Below, piece by piece: positions 10,849-11,878 of a stretch of DNA of 11,878 nt. Below the pieces are notes generated by a model. That model worked only from the letters and a program-made list of their open reading frames with translations. It was not told the origin of the DNA and did not search any database. Every line of letters begins with the position of its first letter. Positions within the stretch are counted from its first letter, which is position 1. Location: IMG/VR virus record IMGVR_UViG_3300010970_000218, positions 1-11,878 of that record, one strand, 5' to 3'. The stretch comes from a virus. The translations under genes were made by a program, and so were the position numbers.

Positions 10849-11349
10849 CTATTTTAAAAACAATTCCCGTTCCAATTTTCGCCTGTTTGTTAGTCCCTTA
10901 ACTTCTTTTCCCTGTACTTTGTTCCACCTTAAAAACTGATCTGCTACCAGTTTTTTATCTGCTCCCTGGTTAAGCAACCTTAACAATGTGCTGGAACCAA
11001 ATGCACCAGTTCCAATATTATAAGCCAAACTGGTAATTGCTGCCATTTGATTTGCAGTTACTGGAACCTTAATAAGACCTTTTATTTTCTTTTCACGTTC
11101 TGCAACATCCATTTTTAGCCATCTTTCAGCAGTTGCCAGGTCTATTTTATCCCCTGGCTTAATTGCTTGTCCTGTATCTTTATTTATCGTGGAACCGAAG
11201 CCAATAGTCCAAATATTACCAGTGTCAGGATATGCGGTTAATTCTAACCCTTCAAACTTTTTTATAATATTTAATGCACTCACTTTTTTTCCAAATAAAA
11301 GGATAAATAAAACGGCTAAACCAATATAAATTTTTTTCTTATTGGACAT
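10849..11349 (-). CDS. GH24 (T4/P22/lambda-type) lysozyme endolysin with an N-terminal hydrophobic signal/anchor.
   Basis: 'FEGLELTAYPDTGNIWTIGFG' gives the E-x8-D-x5-T catalytic signature. N-terminus 'KKKIYIGLAVLFILLFGKK'. The ORF track starts at GTG 11352, and the ATG is at 11349..11347. Confidence 0.8.
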   Translation of the reverse strand: MSNKKKIYIGLAVLFILLFGKKVSALNIIKKFEGLELTAYPDTGNIWTIGFGSTINKDTGQAIKPGDKIDLATAERWLKMDVAEREKKIKGLIKVPVTANQMAAITSLAYNIGTGAFGSSTLLRLLNQGADKKLVADQFLRWNKVQGKEVKGLTNRRKLERELFLK

Positions 11350-11500
11350 CACTGTCTTTTGCTAAAAAACCAGTAATAGCAGCAGCAATACCAGCAATAA
11401 TAGTAATCCAGTTTTTCTGTGCAATACCATCCATAATTAAAGATCCACCAGTAATAGATCCAAAAATTGATGTTTTGATGTTCTTAAGTATTCTTTTCAT
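11339..11500 (-). CDS. 53-aa two-segment membrane protein (second holin/antiholin candidate), absent from the ORF track.
   Basis: Translated by hand: MKRILKNIKTSIFGSITGGSLIMDGIAQKNWITIIAGIAAAITGFLAKDSDVQ. ATG at 11500..11498, 1 nt after the holin stop. The 3' end overlaps the lysozyme start by 11 nt. Confidence 0.5.
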   Translation of the reverse strand: MKRILKNIKTSIFGSITGGSLIMDGIAQKNWITIIAGIAAAITGFLAKDSDVQ

Positions 11501-11501
11501 T

Positions 11502-11684
11502 TTACTTTTTTTTAAGTTGTTTAAGTCCTACCAATATTGAGATAGTACAGGAAATTGTACTGGCACCTAAAAAGACAATATTTGCCAATTCAGATATATT
11601 TTGCACTCCCAGTAGGGAAAACAAAATTGTGCTAAATGTAGCAATGTGTGTTGGATCAGTTTGTGTCTGCATTGTCCTGTTCAT
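11502..11684 (-). CDS. Holin candidate (60 aa, two TM segments, basic C-terminus) with a possible dual start.
   Basis: 'IATFSTILFSLLGV' and 'IVFLGASTISCTISILVGL', then 'KQLKKK'. Met1 (11684) and Met5 (11672) are separated by N-R-T. Position is upstream of the endolysin. Confidence 0.55.
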   Translation of the reverse strand: MNRTMQTQTDPTHIATFSTILFSLLGVQNISELANIVFLGASTISCTISILVGLKQLKKK

Positions 11685-11817
11685 ATTTAAACTTTTCAGC
11701 TATTTTGTTAAATGCCTGGATAGCAGTAAAAGATTCATCTATTTTAGAAAAAACACCTTTACTGGTAGCAAGATCCAAAATAGCTTTAATAATTTCAAGT
11801 GCTTGTCTTTCGTTCAT
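11656..11817 (-). CDS. 53-aa helical soluble protein, absent from the ORF track.
   Basis: Translated by hand: MNERQALEIIKAILDLATSKGVFSKIDESFTAIQAFNKIAEKFKYEQDNADTN. ATG at 11817..11815 and TGA at 11658..11656. It overlaps the holin start by 29 nt, or 17 nt if the holin starts at Met5. Confidence 0.45.
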   Translation of the reverse strand: MNERQALEIIKAILDLATSKGVFSKIDESFTAIQAFNKIAEKFKYEQDNADTN

Positions 11818-11823
11818 TTTGTT

Positions 11824-11878
11824 AAATTTTAAATTATTATGGAATCAAAGTTAAGTTAAGTTGAGTTGCTATCCATTC
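11824..11878. repeat. Terminal direct repeat, copy 2 (identical to 1..55). It contains a duplicate of the 3' end of CDS 14..283.
   Basis: Exact 55/55 identity with 1..55, giving a unique unit length of 11,823 bp. Confidence 0.95.

Noticed and set aside
1-11878. CRISPR arrays, tRNA/rRNA genes, integrase/att sites and IS elements.
   Set aside because: No regularly spaced repeat-spacer structure, no cloverleaf-like GC-rich segment, and no recombinase or transposase-like ORF was seen. The only GC-rich structure is the simple hairpin at 7977..8007.

Overview
The window is one complete, circularly closed replicon. Bases 1-55 recur exactly at 11824-11878, so the unique unit is 11,823 bp. It is visibly AT-rich. 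All 24 credible genes lie on the minus strand: 21 come from the ORF track, several with trimmed starts, and 3 are short ORFs I translated by hand. Genes are tightly packed with TAATG/ATGA overlaps, and no Shine-Dalgarno motif precedes any start.

Recognisable content:
- a holin / second small TM protein / GH24 lysozyme lysis cassette
- a 494-aa Gly-rich fibre with YadA-head-like repeats
- a RadC-like JAB protein with an intact HNHPSG..S..D motif
- a transglutaminase-like Cys-His-Asp membrane protein
- a LEA_2/WHy-like anchored protein
- a single RepA/DnaB-like P-loop ATPase
- two adjacent small beta-rich proteins (220 and 140 aa) that I read as capsid candidates
- many small membrane proteins

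I could not recognise a terminase, portal, HK97-size capsid, tape measure, polymerase, integrase, FtsK/HerA-type packaging ATPase or HUH Rep.

Three hairpin+T-run terminators and one Bacteroidota-type promoter (TTTG-N20-TAATTTTG) divide the circle into two short early-like operons and one roughly 9-kb structural+lysis operon that runs through the assembly junction.

The main non-coding region (7906-8153) holds a perfect 13-bp GC stem-loop flanked by phased GGTCA iterons in inverted orientation. A TTCAC-N6-TTCAC motif family marks four intergenic sites.

My overall reading is inference, not proven: a small, tailless, probably membrane-containing phage of a Bacteroidota-like host, possibly with an ssDNA virion. 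Its gene set does not fit the classical corticovirus, tectivirus or microvirus templates. Every functional call rests on motif reading by eye, because no searches could be run.
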